Made by a program: the position numbers and the translations under genes | The notes under the pieces: generated by a model | What the model was told of the DNA's origin: nothing | The model's input: the letters and a program-made list of their open reading frames with translations, nothing else | Databases searched by the model: none | From: Chloroflexota bacterium | GTDB taxonomy: Bacteria > Chloroflexota > Limnocylindria > Limnocylindrales > CSP1-4 | Assembly: GCA_017881885.1 (NCBI GenBank) | Contig: JADGQJ010000002.1 | Coordinates: forward strand, 1 to 40,763 | Reading direction: 5' to 3' | DNA length: 40,763 bases | Part shown: positions 8,735 through 18,543 of the stretch, one piece after another | Layout of the letters: each line of letters starts with the position of its first letter | Position numbering within the stretch: the first letter of the stretch is position 1

Positions 8735-11700
8735 CGGCACCTGCGCGACTGCTGGCGCTCCGTCTGCAGGGCTTCAAGTCGTTTGGGGAGCGGACCCTCG
8801 TCGAGTTCGGTCCCGGCATCAGCGCCGTGGTCGGCCCGAATGGCTCGGGCAAGAGCAATCTCGCCGACGCGTTGCGATGGGCCCTCGGCGAGCAGGGCAA
8901 GGCGCTGCGCTTGCGCAAGTCCGAGGACGTCATCTTCGCCGGGTCCGAGAAGCGCTCAGCTCTCGGCATGGCCGACGTGACCCTTGTCTTCGGGAACGGC
9001 GACCGGCTTCTGCCGATCGATTACGAGACCGTCGAACTCGGACGTCGGCTCTTCCGCTCGGGCGAGAACGACTACCTGCTGAACAAGCAGCGCGTCCGGC
9101 TGAAGGACCTTGTCGATCTGCTCGATGCTGCCCATCTCGCCGACAACGCCTTCCTGTTTATAGGTCAGGGAATGGTCGACCAGGCATTGGCGCTGCGTCC
9201 AGAGGAGCGGCGGCCGCTGTTCGAGGAAGTCGCCGGGGTGCGGCGGCACGAACGGCGCAAGGTGAGGGCCGAAGACCAGCTGACCGAAGCCGAGGCGAAC
9301 CTGGCGCGCGTCGAGGATGTTCTGGCCGAGTTGCGGCCCCAGGCCCGGCGGCTGTCGGCACAGGCCGAGCAGCAGGCCTCGCGGCAGACGGCCGGACGCG
9401 AATACGGCCGGGCGATCATCACATTGGCCCGTTCGCGCTGGCAGGAGGCTGCGGGGCGATCTCGCGAGGCGGAGCGGCATCTGCGCTCGGGCCGGGGTGA
9501 CGCCGAGACTTCGCTGACGGCGCTGCGCGAGTCCGAGGCTCGGGCGGCGACGATAGCCCGGGACCTGGCTTCGCGATCCGAGACGGAGGCCGAGCGACGG
9601 GCTGCGCACGAGTCGGCTCGAGGCCTGCTCACCGAACTGCAGCTGCGGGACGCGAGAGCGGCGAGCGACGCCGCCGGAGTCCTGCGCGAACGTGGCCGGC
9701 TGGAGGCGGAACTGGCGGCCGCCGAGGCGGACCTGGCCGTCCAGCAGCGTGAAGTTGCGGCGCCGGTGCCGGCTCGCGACATGGCTCTGGCCGGGACTCT
9801 CGCCGAGGCCGAGCGGGCACTCACCGAGGCGCTCGAAGAGCTCGGCGCGATGCGGGCGGCGAAGCAGGCCGAGGGCGAGGCGTCGGCTGCGCTGCGACGC
9901 GTTGAGGCGGCGCGGTCGGCTGAACTGGAGACGGTGCGGCGGCGGCTTGGAGAGGCGTCGCGGGCGGCCGTGGACGAGCGGGCCGCGGCCGACGAGTCGG
10001 CTCGAAGGCTGGCCGAAGCCGAGGCGGGGTGCGCCGGTCCACGGGCCGCCGCCATCGCGTCGATCGAGGCCGAGAAGCACGCCGTGGCGGCACGCGAGAA
10101 GGCCCGGGCGGAACTGGACACTCTGGAAGGTGCGCGGCAGGCCGCGGCAGAGCGGGCCGGCTCGACGGCGAGCAAGGCGGCCAGCCTCCTGGGACGCCAC
10201 GAAGCGGTCCAGGCGCGGCTGGCCGAAGAAGAGACGCGAGGCATCGCGAAGGCCGCGAAGCGGCTCGGCGGAAAGCCCCTGGCGGACGGCCTCGAGGTGG
10301 AGGCCGGGTTCAGGGTCGCCGTCGAGGCGGCGCTCGGCGAGGCCATGCGCGGCTACGTGATGGGTCGCGAGGGAGTGCTTGGCCTCGACGGACAGCGAGG
10401 AACTCTGGTTCTGGACGGTGACGGGAGTGGCGCCGGCAGTGGCGGCGGCCGCCCGCAAGAGAGTGGCGCAGGCCGGGCTGCCGAGCGTGCTTCGGAGCGC
10501 GCCGCAGAGGTCGGCGAGGCCGTCGTGGCCACGGCCGTGAGCCACGGCGGCGGCAAGCTCGCAGACGCCGTGCGCGTCGACCCGAACGGGGCCGCGTCGC
10601 GATTGCTCGCGCGGGCCGTCTGGGTACCGGATCTGAACGCGGCGCTGGCCGTGCAATCGCGGCTGGCCACCGGCTGGATCGCGGTGACGCGCGACGGCGC
10701 GGTTGCCACTGCGGCAGGCGTCGTGACGGTGGGCCGCTCGGAGTCGGTGCTGGACCGGCGCGCGGAACTGCAACGGCTCGGCGAGGAAGTGGCGCGCCTC
10801 GACGTGGACGCCCGGGCGGCGGCGACCGAGGCAGCGCACACCACGCGCAGCGCCGCCGACGCGCGCGCCGCTCTGGACGCCGCCCGCGAGGCGGAACGCC
10901 GGGCCGGAGCCGGTCGACGGGAGGCCGAAGAAGCGGAGAGGCGCGCCGCACGCGCATTGGAGAACGTGGCCCGGGAAGCGGCCTGGCGGACGGCCCAGGC
11001 GGCGCGTGCGGAAGCCGATCGCGATCGACTTGCGGCGGCAGTGCAGGATGCAGAAGCGGCGAGCGCCGCGCCGTTGGCCGGGGCCACGGCTGCCGCCGCG
11101 GGCGCCACGACCGGCGCCACTCCCGGCGCCACTCCCGCCACCGAGCACGCGAGCGCCCTGCGCGAGTGGGAAGCCCGCGCCGCCGCACTTCGCGCCCGCC
11201 GCGACCAGCTCGCCGCCGAAGAAGCCAGGCTGGAAGCCGCCCGTCGCGAGGCGGAGGGTCGACGCGCGCGCGCCGCCGCGGCCGCCGAATTCGATCAGGC
11301 CCGGATGGGCCAGTTGGAACTTCAAACTGCCGATCTCGCGGAGCGCGAGCGCGGTCTCGCGGCCGAGCGCGAGGGGCTCGGGGAGGATTTGGCGGCGGCC
11401 GGGATGCGCGAGGCGGCCGTTCGCGCCGAGCTGGACGAGATCCGCAGCGCGGAGGCAGTGGCTCGCGCCCACCTAGCGGACGCCGAGACGGCCGCCGCCC
11501 AGGCCCGCGAGCGCCTCCGCGTCTGCCAGGACCGCGTCCGCAATGCCGAGGTTGCCGAGCTGGAATCGCGGCTCGCGCTCGACGCCATTCGAGAGCAGGT
11601 CCTCGTGGAGCTGGCCGGTCTGGGGAATCTAGGCCTTCGCCTTCTTTCGATCGAGGGCGATCTCGACGACGATGGAGACGCGCCGCACCTGGCCGGCGCC

Positions 11701-12519
11701 GATCTCGTCGACGAAGCCTCGCCGGACGAAGACGACGACTCTGCCTCCGACTCGCTGGAAGAAGCCCTCACACTCGCGGCCGAGCGCTGGATCGAAAGCC
11801 CGGTCGTAGAGCCGCCGGTCGCCACGCGCCTCGCCTCCCTTCGGCGCCGCTTCCACGAGCTCGGAGCGCCGAATCCATTCGCGGCCGAGGAATACCAGGG
11901 CGTAAAGGCCCGCCTCGACGGCCTCGAGACCCAGCGCGCCGACCTGACCGACGCCATCGCCAAGACCCGACTGCTGATCGAGCAGCTCAACGCCATGATT
12001 TCGACGCAGTTCCGCTCGACATTCACGGCCCTGGAAACAGCCTTCGACGGCAGGTTCCGCCAGCTATTCGGCGGCGGATTCGCCCGCCTCAGCCTGACCG
12101 ATCCGGAGGACCTGGCGTCCACCGGCATCGAGATCGTGGCCCGGCCGCCCGGCAAGAAGATGCAACCGCTGAGCATGCTCTCGGGCGGTGAGCGCGCACT
12201 GACGGCCGTGGCCCTGCTGTTCGCCATGCTCGAAGTCCACCCCGTCCCGTTCTGCGTCCTCGACGAGGTCGACGCGGCGCTGGACGAGGCCAACGTCGGT
12301 AGGTTCGCGGAGGCTCTCCGAGGGCTCGCGGACCAGACGCAGTTCATCGTGATCACGCACAACCGCGGTACGATCGAGGTCGCGGACGCGCTCTACGGCG
12401 TGACGGTCAGCGACGACGCGGTGAGCCGGGTCATCAGCCTGCGACTCGAGGAGGCTCGTGAATTGGCGGATCAGGTGACTCGCAAGAACGCCGCCGCGCC
12501 CGCCGGCTCGGGGAATTGA
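8731..12519 (+). CDS. smc: Chromosome segregation protein SMC
   Basis: 1262 aa. It has Walker A GPNGSGKSNLADAL, long Ala/Glu/Arg coiled coils, a central hinge, the C-terminal signature LSGGERALTAVALLFA and Walker B FCVLDEVDAALD. Confidence 0.95.
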   Translation: MTAPARLLALRLQGFKSFGERTLVEFGPGISAVVGPNGSGKSNLADALRWALGEQGKALRLRKSEDVIFAGSEKRSALGMADVTLVFGNGDRLLPIDYETVELGRRLFRSGENDYLLNKQRVRLKDLVDLLDAAHLADNAFLFIGQGMVDQALALRPEERRPLFEEVAGVRRHERRKVRAEDQLTEAEANLARVEDVLAELRPQARRLSAQAEQQASRQTAGREYGRAIITLARSRWQEAAGRSREAERHLRSGRGDAETSLTALRESEARAATIARDLASRSETEAERRAAHESARGLLTELQLRDARAASDAAGVLRERGRLEAELAAAEADLAVQQREVAAPVPARDMALAGTLAEAERALTEALEELGAMRAAKQAEGEASAALRRVEAARSAELETVRRRLGEASRAAVDERAAADESARRLAEAEAGCAGPRAAAIASIEAEKHAVAAREKARAELDTLEGARQAAAERAGSTASKAASLLGRHEAVQARLAEEETRGIAKAAKRLGGKPLADGLEVEAGFRVAVEAALGEAMRGYVMGREGVLGLDGQRGTLVLDGDGSGAGSGGGRPQESGAGRAAERASERAAEVGEAVVATAVSHGGGKLADAVRVDPNGAASRLLARAVWVPDLNAALAVQSRLATGWIAVTRDGAVATAAGVVTVGRSESVLDRRAELQRLGEEVARLDVDARAAATEAAHTTRSAADARAALDAAREAERRAGAGRREAEEAERRAARALENVAREAAWRTAQAARAEADRDRLAAAVQDAEAASAAPLAGATAAAAGATTGATPGATPATEHASALREWEARAAALRARRDQLAAEEARLEAARREAEGRRARAAAAAEFDQARMGQLELQTADLAERERGLAAEREGLGEDLAAAGMREAAVRAELDEIRSAEAVARAHLADAETAAAQARERLRVCQDRVRNAEVAELESRLALDAIREQVLVELAGLGNLGLRLLSIEGDLDDDGDAPHLAGADLVDEASPDEDDDSASDSLEEALTLAAERWIESPVVEPPVATRLASLRRRFHELGAPNPFAAEEYQGVKARLDGLETQRADLTDAIAKTRLLIEQLNAMISTQFRSTFTALETAFDGRFRQLFGGGFARLSLTDPEDLASTGIEIVARPPGKKMQPLSMLSGGERALTAVALLFAMLEVHPVPFCVLDEVDAALDEANVGRFAEALRGLADQTQFIVITHNRGTIEVADALYGVTVSDDAVSRVISLRLEEARELADQVTRKNAAAPAGSGN

Positions 12520-12522
12520 CAC

Positions 12523-13626
12523 GTGTTTCTATTTCGTAAGTCGAAGCAGCCCGAAGTCGAGCCCGAAGCCGAAGAGACTTCGGAATGGCCTCTGCGTGAA
12601 CCGGCGCTCGAACCGGCGCTCGAACCGGCGGTCGAACCAGCAGCCGAGCTGGCGCCCGAACCGAAAGTCGAGCCGGCGGTAGTCGAGCCTGCGGTAGTCG
12701 AGCTCCCGGCACCCCCGACACCCGAGACCGACGATACCCCGGGCGATCTGGCCGAAGGCCTGCAGAAGACCCGCGGCGGTTTCATGTCGCGCCTGCGCGG
12801 CCTGCTGAAGAGCGGCCCCGATGCGGCCGACTGGGATTCGGTGGAGGAGATGCTCATCGCCGGAGACGTGGGCGGCGCGCTGGCCTCCGAGGTCGTCGAA
12901 CGGGCCCGCGCCCGCAAGGACGCCCCGTCCGCCGAAGCCGCGGTACGCGAAGAACTCGCGGCCCTGCTCATTCCGAGCGACCCCCGCTGGCGTCCGGTGC
13001 CCGCCGCGCCGGATCAGCCGGCCGTCCTGCTGATGGTCGGCGTCAACGGCACGGGCAAGACCACGACCATCGGCAAGCTGGCCCACCGCTACCGCGCCGA
13101 GGGGAGTTCCGTCCTCCTGGCCGCGGCCGACACATTCCGCGCCGCCGCGATCGACCAGCTCCGTATCTGGTCCGATCGGTCGGGCTGCCAGTTCGTGTCG
13201 CACGCCCCAGGCGCCGATCCCGCCGCCGTGATCTTCGACGCCATCGACGCCGCCGTCGCGCGCCACGTGGACATCGTCATCGCCGACACCGCCGGCCGCC
13301 TCCACACCAAGTCCAACCTGATGGACGAGCTGGCCAAGATGCGCCGCGTCATCGACCGCCGCCTGCCCGGCGCGAAGCCCGAGGTCCTCTTCGTCCTCGA
13401 CGCCACCACCGGCCAGAACGGCCTCGCCCAGGCCCGCGTCTTCCACGAAACCGTCGGCCTCACCGGCATCGTCCTGACCAAGCTCGATTCGACCGCCAAA
13501 GGCGGCATCGTCTTCGCCATCGAGGACGCCCTCCACGTGCCCGTCCGCTTCGTCGGAGTCGGTGAGAAACTCGGCGACCTGATCCCGTTCGATCCCGCGG
13601 CTTTCGTCAACGCGCTGTTTGCGTGA
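12523..13626 (+). CDS. ftsY: Signal recognition particle receptor FtsY
   Basis: The NG domain carries GVNGTGKTTTIGKLA, DTAGRLH and TKLDSTAKGG. The N-terminal A-domain is acidic and repetitive. Confidence 0.95.
   Translation: MFLFRKSKQPEVEPEAEETSEWPLREPALEPALEPAVEPAAELAPEPKVEPAVVEPAVVELPAPPTPETDDTPGDLAEGLQKTRGGFMSRLRGLLKSGPDAADWDSVEEMLIAGDVGGALASEVVERARARKDAPSAEAAVREELAALLIPSDPRWRPVPAAPDQPAVLLMVGVNGTGKTTTIGKLAHRYRAEGSSVLLAAADTFRAAAIDQLRIWSDRSGCQFVSHAPGADPAAVIFDAIDAAVARHVDIVIADTAGRLHTKSNLMDELAKMRRVIDRRLPGAKPEVLFVLDATTGQNGLAQARVFHETVGLTGIVLTKLDSTAKGGIVFAIEDALHVPVRFVGVGEKLGDLIPFDPAAFVNALFA
12598..12705 (+). repeat. In-frame tandem repeats (12-nt gaaccggcgctc units, then 15-nt gtcgagccNgcggta units) encoding EPAL/VEPAV repeats of the FtsY A-domain
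   Basis: Read directly: gaaccggcgctc occurs at 12598 and 12610, with variants at 12622 and 12634. gtcgagccggcggta is at 12667 and gtcgagcctgcggta at 12682. Confidence 0.8.
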
Positions 13627-13655
13627 TGCGGCCACCGCAGGAGTGAGGGAGCCTG

Positions 13656-14021
13656 ATGGAGCATTCCGCAACTGACGCAACGGTCTTCCTGTTCGCCGTG
13701 GCCCTGCCCTTCAGCCTGTTTAGCTGGACCGTAGTCGTTGTCGGTGCCGGTCTTTTGAGGGACCCGCAGGTACAGCCGATCTGGCTCAGGCTCTACATGA
13801 GAGTGGTTCCGGATCTGGTGAGCGAAGGCCGAACAGTCATCTGCTTCGGATTGTTCTGCCTGGCGTTGTCCAACTTCGTTCCGCTAGGGATCCTTGTAGG
13901 CGACTCCTATGGGGAACAGATACTTAGAGTGGATCTGGCATACTTGATCGTCCAGGGCATCTTCTTGATCCCGCTCGCCCGCGCACTGCTGCGGGCTCGA
14001 GTTCGGGATTGGGATTCGTAG
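13656..14021 (+). CDS. Hypothetical small membrane protein (about 3 TM segments)
   Basis: 121 aa with GAGGGAG 7 nt upstream of the ATG. Hydrophobic segments are VFLFAVALPFSLFSWTVVVVGAGLL, VICFGLFCLALSNFVPLGILVG and LAYLIVQGIFLIPLARALL. Hand-counted GC is ~53-62% per line, lower than the flanks. No family recognised. Confidence 0.6.
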   Translation: MEHSATDATVFLFAVALPFSLFSWTVVVVGAGLLRDPQVQPIWLRLYMRVVPDLVSEGRTVICFGLFCLALSNFVPLGILVGDSYGEQILRVDLAYLIVQGIFLIPLARALLRARVRDWDS

Positions 14022-14163
14022 GCTCCGCTCGCCGATCCCGCCTCTGTCCACCCCCGCGCTTATGCGCTAGACTTCCCGAGCTTTCGGTGCCGCCAGAATC
14101 CGCGGCCCAACGCCGGTCCATCTGCCTCGGACCGACGGGACGGATCAGGAGTCCACTCCACTA

Positions 14164-15495
14164 ATGTTCGACGCGCTGAGCGACCGGCTGCGCAAGACCC
14201 TCGGTACCCTGACGGGCCGCGGGCGCGTGAGCGAGGCCGACGTCGATGCCGCCATGCGCGAAGTTCGGCTGGCCCTGCTCGAGGCGGACGTCAACTTCAA
14301 GGTCGTCAAGGATTTCGTTGCGCGGGTGCGCGAGCGCGCGACCGGCGTCGACATTCTCGAGAGCCTGACCGCCGGCCAGCAGGTCGTGAAGATCGTCAAC
14401 GAAGAGCTGGTGGCCCTCCTTTCCGCAGGCGATCGTAACTTCCACCTGACGGGAAATCCGGCCGTGATCGTGCTCGTCGGCCTCCAGGGTTCGGGCAAGA
14501 CCACCAGCGCCGCCAAACTCGCGCGCCTCATGGTCAAGCAGGGCCGCCGGCCGATCCTCGTCGCCGCGGACCCGTACCGGCCCGCCGCCGCGGATCAACT
14601 CCAGACTCTGGGCAAGTCGCTCGATGTGCCCGTCTTCCGCGCCGCGACCGGGACCACCGTCCTGGCCATCGCCAAGGGCGGCATGGACGCCGCCCGCAAG
14701 CAAGTGCGCGACACCGTCATCATCGACACCGCCGGCCGCCTCACCATCGACGAGCCCCTCATGAAGGAGATCGCCGACCTCACGGCCGCGCTCAAGCCCG
14801 CCGAGACGCTCCTCGTCGTCGACGCAATGACCGGCCAGGAAGCGGTCCACGTGGCCGAGGCGTTCGCGGCCGCCGTGCCGGTGACCGGCCTGGTCCTGAC
14901 CAAGATCGACGGAGACGCGCGTGGCGGGGCCGCGCTCTCGATCAGCGCCGTGACCGGACTCCCGGTCAAGTTCCTCGGCACCGGCGAGAAGACCGACGCC
15001 CTGGAGCCGTTCCACCCCGATCGCCTGGCCGGTCGGATCCTCGGCATGGGCGACGTCCTGACCTTGATCGAGCGGGCCCAGGAAACCTACGACGAAAAGC
15101 AGACTGCTCGGATGACCGAGAAGCTGCGCAAGAACAGCTTCACTCTCGAGGACATGCTCGAGCAGATGGAGCAAGTCCAGAAGATGGGCCCCATGGGCCA
15201 GCTGATGGAGATGATCCCGGGCATGGGCGGCATGGCCAAACAGGCCCAGGCCGCCGTCGACCGGGGCGACCTCAGGCGCGTCCAGGCGATCATTCGATCG
15301 ATGACGCCGCTCGAGCGCCGCGATCCCAACGTACTCAACGCTTCGCGCAGGCGCCGGATCGCCACGGGCTCCGGCACGCGCCTCCAGGATGTGAACCAGG
15401 TCGTGAAGCAGTTCACCGAGCTTCAGAAGATGATGAAGCAGCTGTCGGGCGGACGGTTCACGCGCCGCATACCGGGCATGCCCGGGAAAGTCTGA
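14164..15495 (+). CDS. ffh: Signal recognition particle protein Ffh
   Basis: It starts MFDALSDRL. It carries GLQGSGKTTSAAKLA, DTAGRL and TKIDGDARGGAALS, plus a Met-rich M domain (MGPMGQLMEMIPGMGGM). Confidence 0.96.
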   Translation: MFDALSDRLRKTLGTLTGRGRVSEADVDAAMREVRLALLEADVNFKVVKDFVARVRERATGVDILESLTAGQQVVKIVNEELVALLSAGDRNFHLTGNPAVIVLVGLQGSGKTTSAAKLARLMVKQGRRPILVAADPYRPAAADQLQTLGKSLDVPVFRAATGTTVLAIAKGGMDAARKQVRDTVIIDTAGRLTIDEPLMKEIADLTAALKPAETLLVVDAMTGQEAVHVAEAFAAAVPVTGLVLTKIDGDARGGAALSISAVTGLPVKFLGTGEKTDALEPFHPDRLAGRILGMGDVLTLIERAQETYDEKQTARMTEKLRKNSFTLEDMLEQMEQVQKMGPMGQLMEMIPGMGGMAKQAQAAVDRGDLRRVQAIIRSMTPLERRDPNVLNASRRRRIATGSGTRLQDVNQVVKQFTELQKMMKQLSGGRFTRRIPGMPGKV

Positions 15496-15508
15496 GGGAG
15501 GACCTCTC

Positions 15509-17284
15509 ATGGATCAGCAGCAGTACCCAGCCGGCTCGCCGGAACCGCGTCTCGAGCCGATCGGCGAAACATGGGCAACCGGCGTCGGTCCGGTCAAAGT
15601 CGCGTCCAGGTCCAGCAGATTCCGCTGGGCTATCGCCATCGGAGTCGTGCTGTGCGTGGCGCTTGTAACCGGCGCCGGGGCCTTCGTCCTCTCGGGCGCG
15701 GGCGGGGCTGCCAAATCGCTCACCGCCGGCAGCGCGCCGAAGGCCACGATCATGTTCGCGGACCTGCGCACCGACCTGCCGGGCGATCAGCATCAGAAGC
15801 TGGCCGATTTCATGAGCCACTTCCCGGGCTTCAAGGATCGCGCCCAGTTCGACAACGCCTTTGACGACATCCTCAACAGGGTTACCAGCTCGATCTCGCC
15901 GGATCTGAACTACACCTCGGCCTTCAAGAGCTGGACGACCGGCGAACTTTCGATCGCGGTCACGAGCATGGGCGGCATCGACATGTCGAACGCGATGATG
16001 CCCTCGGCGCTTCCGACAGGCGACGTCGTGATGCCGAGCATTAAGACCACGCCGGAGAGCGGTGTCGTCATCGTTTCCCTCAAGGACCGCGCGGCGGGCG
16101 AGGCGTGGGTCACCGCTGAAGTAGCCAAGACCGGCCTGACCTTCACCGCGCAGGACTACGCGGGCACGAAGCTGTACGTGGCGCAGAAGGCGGCCACGGA
16201 GCGGTTGACTGCGGCCTACGCGTTCACCGACAGGGTCCTCCTGCTCGGCACCGCGGACGCCGTGAAGGCCGGCCTCGATGCCCCGGCAAAGGGTTCACTC
16301 GCGGACAACGCGAACTACCAGGCCGCGACTAGCTCGCTTTCGGGCGACGCCATCGCCAGCTTCTACGTCGACCCGCAAGCCATGATCAAGCAGGAGATGA
16401 GCTCGATGCCCGCCGGAATGGCGATCTCCGGGATGGTGGGCGTCGGTTCGATGCCCACCTGGGTTGCTGGTTCGGTACGAGCCGACTCGGACCATATGAC
16501 GGTCGAGATCAAGATGCCGAAGACCGCCGGGATGCCCAGCCCCGGCAACAAGGAGTCGGTCCTGGCCTCGGAGCTGCCCGGCTCGACGGTAGGCGTCCTC
16601 GAGGTGCATTCGGTCGGCAAGCTCGTGACCGACGGCATCAAGACGATTTCCGGCTCGGCCACCGGGGCGTCGGAGAAGGACGCGATCAAGCAGGTCCAGG
16701 ACGCGCTGACCAAGATCGGCGGCATCGACTGGATCGGCGACGCCGACCTGGTCCTGACCAGGACGGGCTCGACCTATGGCGGTGGGCTCGTGGTCAAGAC
16801 CCCGGACGCCGCCGGCGCGACCGGCAAGAAGATCATGATCACCAACCTGATCGCCCTGGCGGGCGGCAGCATGGGCATCACCTCGGCCGACGAAACGTAC
16901 AAAGGCACGACCATCACCATGGTGAACGTGCCCACAGGCGGATCGGGCCCGACGATCAAGATCGGGATCGCCGCCAAGGGCGACCTGCTTGTGGCCGGCT
17001 ACGGGGACTCGTTCGTCAAGGCGCTTCTCGATACGACTTCGAGCGACTCGCTCGCGACTCAGTCCGACTACAAGACGGTCATGGCCGCAGTCGGAGCGTC
17101 GAACGCCACATACGGCTACTTCAATGTATCGGCAGTCGCCGACCAGATCGGTCAGTCGTTCACCGGCAGCGCGGCGAAGTACAACCTCGACTACAAGCCA
17201 TATGTCGATCACATCGGAGGCGCCGCCTTCGCATCGATCGACGGCAATACGGTTACCCTGCGGCTCGTCTTCACGGCCAAGTAG
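15509..17284 (+). CDS. Membrane-anchored DUF3352-like protein
   Basis: 591 aa with GGGAGG upstream of the ATG. An N-terminal TM (WAIAIGVVLCVALVTGAGAFVL) precedes a large extracytoplasmic domain. Its early part (ATIMFADLRTDLPGDQHQKLADFMSHFPGFKD) resembles DUF3352. The family call is from memory. Confidence 0.8.
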   Translation: MDQQQYPAGSPEPRLEPIGETWATGVGPVKVASRSSRFRWAIAIGVVLCVALVTGAGAFVLSGAGGAAKSLTAGSAPKATIMFADLRTDLPGDQHQKLADFMSHFPGFKDRAQFDNAFDDILNRVTSSISPDLNYTSAFKSWTTGELSIAVTSMGGIDMSNAMMPSALPTGDVVMPSIKTTPESGVVIVSLKDRAAGEAWVTAEVAKTGLTFTAQDYAGTKLYVAQKAATERLTAAYAFTDRVLLLGTADAVKAGLDAPAKGSLADNANYQAATSSLSGDAIASFYVDPQAMIKQEMSSMPAGMAISGMVGVGSMPTWVAGSVRADSDHMTVEIKMPKTAGMPSPGNKESVLASELPGSTVGVLEVHSVGKLVTDGIKTISGSATGASEKDAIKQVQDALTKIGGIDWIGDADLVLTRTGSTYGGGLVVKTPDAAGATGKKIMITNLIALAGGSMGITSADETYKGTTITMVNVPTGGSGPTIKIGIAAKGDLLVAGYGDSFVKALLDTTSSDSLATQSDYKTVMAAVGASNATYGYFNVSAVADQIGQSFTGSAAKYNLDYKPYVDHIGGAAFASIDGNTVTLRLVFTAK

Positions 17285-17329
17285 GCCGGGCCCCGAGTCG
17301 CCAGTATTTCAGGAGGAGAAGGCTCGCAC

Positions 17330-17608
17330 ATGGCAGTTCGAATTCGCCTCACCCGGGTCGGGGCAACCAAGCAGCCCGCCTACCGCATCGTCGTCACCGA
17401 TAGCCGAAACGCCCGGGACAGCCGCGCAATCGAGACGATCGGCCACTACAACCCCCGGATCGAGCCGGTGGAGTTCGTGGTCGACGCCGACAAGGTCAAG
17501 AGCTGGATTGCCAAGGGCGCCAAGCCGTCTGACACGGTGGCACGCCTCCTCCAGGCCGCCGGCATCCTGCCGAAGACGGAGCGCAAGCCAGCCCCCACCG
17601 CCAAGTAG
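17330..17608 (+). CDS. rpsP: 30S ribosomal protein S16
   Basis: [22 protein letters not shown]... is canonical S16. AGGAGGAG lies upstream. Confidence 0.95.
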   Translation: MAVRIRLTRVGATKQPAYRIVVTDSRNARDSRAIETIGHYNPRIEPVEFVVDADKVKSWIAKGAKPSDTVARLLQAAGILPKTERKPAPTAK

Positions 17609-17681
17609 CGAGCCCGCGGCGGCGCTGGGCCGCTCCAGGAACGCTTCCAGGTGGAACAGGGCACATATGAAGAGGTAGGCA

Positions 17682-17915
17682 ATGGCAGCCCAGGATCTCG
17701 TCGCGTACGTCGCCCGCAATCTCGTGGACGACCCCGACGCCGTTCAGGTTGAAGTCCACACCGGCCCGGATGGCACCGTCATCGAGCTGCATGTCGCCGA
17801 AGAAGACATGGGCAAGGTGATCGGCCGCAACGGCAGCGTCGCCAAGGCGCTGCGGACGCTGCTCAAGGTCATGTCCGCGCGCGACGGCGAGACCGTCTCA
17901 CTGGAGATCAGCTGA
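17682..17915 (+). CDS. KH-domain RNA-binding protein (UPF0109/YlqC-like)
   Basis: 77 aa with the GxxG loop VIGRNGSVAKALRTLL. It occupies the conserved position between rpsP and rimM. Confidence 0.9.
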   Translation: MAAQDLVAYVARNLVDDPDAVQVEVHTGPDGTVIELHVAEEDMGKVIGRNGSVAKALRTLLKVMSARDGETVSLEIS

Positions 17916-17925
17916 GCATCCGGCC

Positions 17926-18543
17926 GTGACCGCCGGTGAAAGGCTCGTGGTGGCCCGGGTCCGGGGCTTCCACGGGTTGCGCGGGACGATGCGACTCGAG
18001 TCGCTCACGGATCTGGCGGAACAGCGATTTGCCGTGGGCAAGTCGCTGTTTGTCGAGGGCAGCGACAGGCCGCTGACGGTGGTCGAGTCGGCGCCCGACT
18101 CTCTCGGTTGGCGCGTACGATTCGCCGAGGTGTCGGACCGGACGGCCTCCGAGGCCCTCCGCGACGTTTATCTCGAGGCGGTGGTGGCACCGGGCGAGGA
18201 GCTGCCGCGCGGCGAGTTCTACTGGCATCAGATCATCGGTGCGGCTGTGTCCGACGTAGACGGCACGGCCTTGGGCAAGGTCGTCGACATGTACCGCGCC
18301 GGCGGCGCCGAAGTCATGGTGGTCATGGGGCCCGCGGGGGAGCTGGACGTTCCCGTCGTTCGCTCGATCGTGCGGATCTTCGCGCCTGCCCGCGGGGAGA
18401 TCGTCGTCGACGGCGTGGCCCTCGGGCTGCGCGACGAAGAAGTCGACAAGCAGGAGTCCGCGGGCGTGTCATCGTCCTCCCCCGAAGCGGGCGTTCCCGG
18501 CGAAGTGCGCGTCGCCGAAAGCGGGTCGGAGCCGGGGGCGTGA
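17926..18543 (+). CDS. rimM: 16S rRNA processing protein RimM
   Basis: It has RGFHGLRGTMRLES at the N-terminus and a PRC-barrel with GEFYWHQIIG. The C-terminus has an acidic/Ser-rich extension. Confidence 0.9.
   Translation: MTAGERLVVARVRGFHGLRGTMRLESLTDLAEQRFAVGKSLFVEGSDRPLTVVESAPDSLGWRVRFAEVSDRTASEALRDVYLEAVVAPGEELPRGEFYWHQIIGAAVSDVDGTALGKVVDMYRAGGAEVMVVMGPAGELDVPVVRSIVRIFAPARGEIVVDGVALGLRDEEVDKQESAGVSSSSPEAGVPGEVRVAESGSEPGA

Noticed and set aside
8956-11472. 838-aa minus-strand ORF (plus 9165..10346, 10310..11188, 10353..11141 and several plus-strand alternatives) overlapping smc
   Set aside because: The translations are Arg/Pro/Gly/Ala-rich and low-complexity with no motifs. They lie entirely inside the SMC coiled-coil region, whose own frame has unmistakable Walker A/B and signature motifs. 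Long spurious ORFs are expected in high-GC DNA because stop codons are rare.
12598-12705. CRISPR-like periodic repeats (also checked 19693..19735 and 34382..34530)
   Set aside because: The units are 10-22 nt. They are either contiguous without spacers or in-frame codon repeats inside genes (FtsY A-domain, PGWG protein). No cas genes are present.
14161-15510. 449-aa minus-strand ORF antisense to ffh (similar cases: 7469..8740, 12529..13680, 27463..29517, 32739..34277, 34028..35503, 35728..37002, 37610..38902, 39113..40447, 39664..40734)
   Set aside because: All are mirror-frame ORFs of strongly supported plus-strand housekeeping genes. They show no motifs and have skewed Arg/Gly/Asp/Pro composition.
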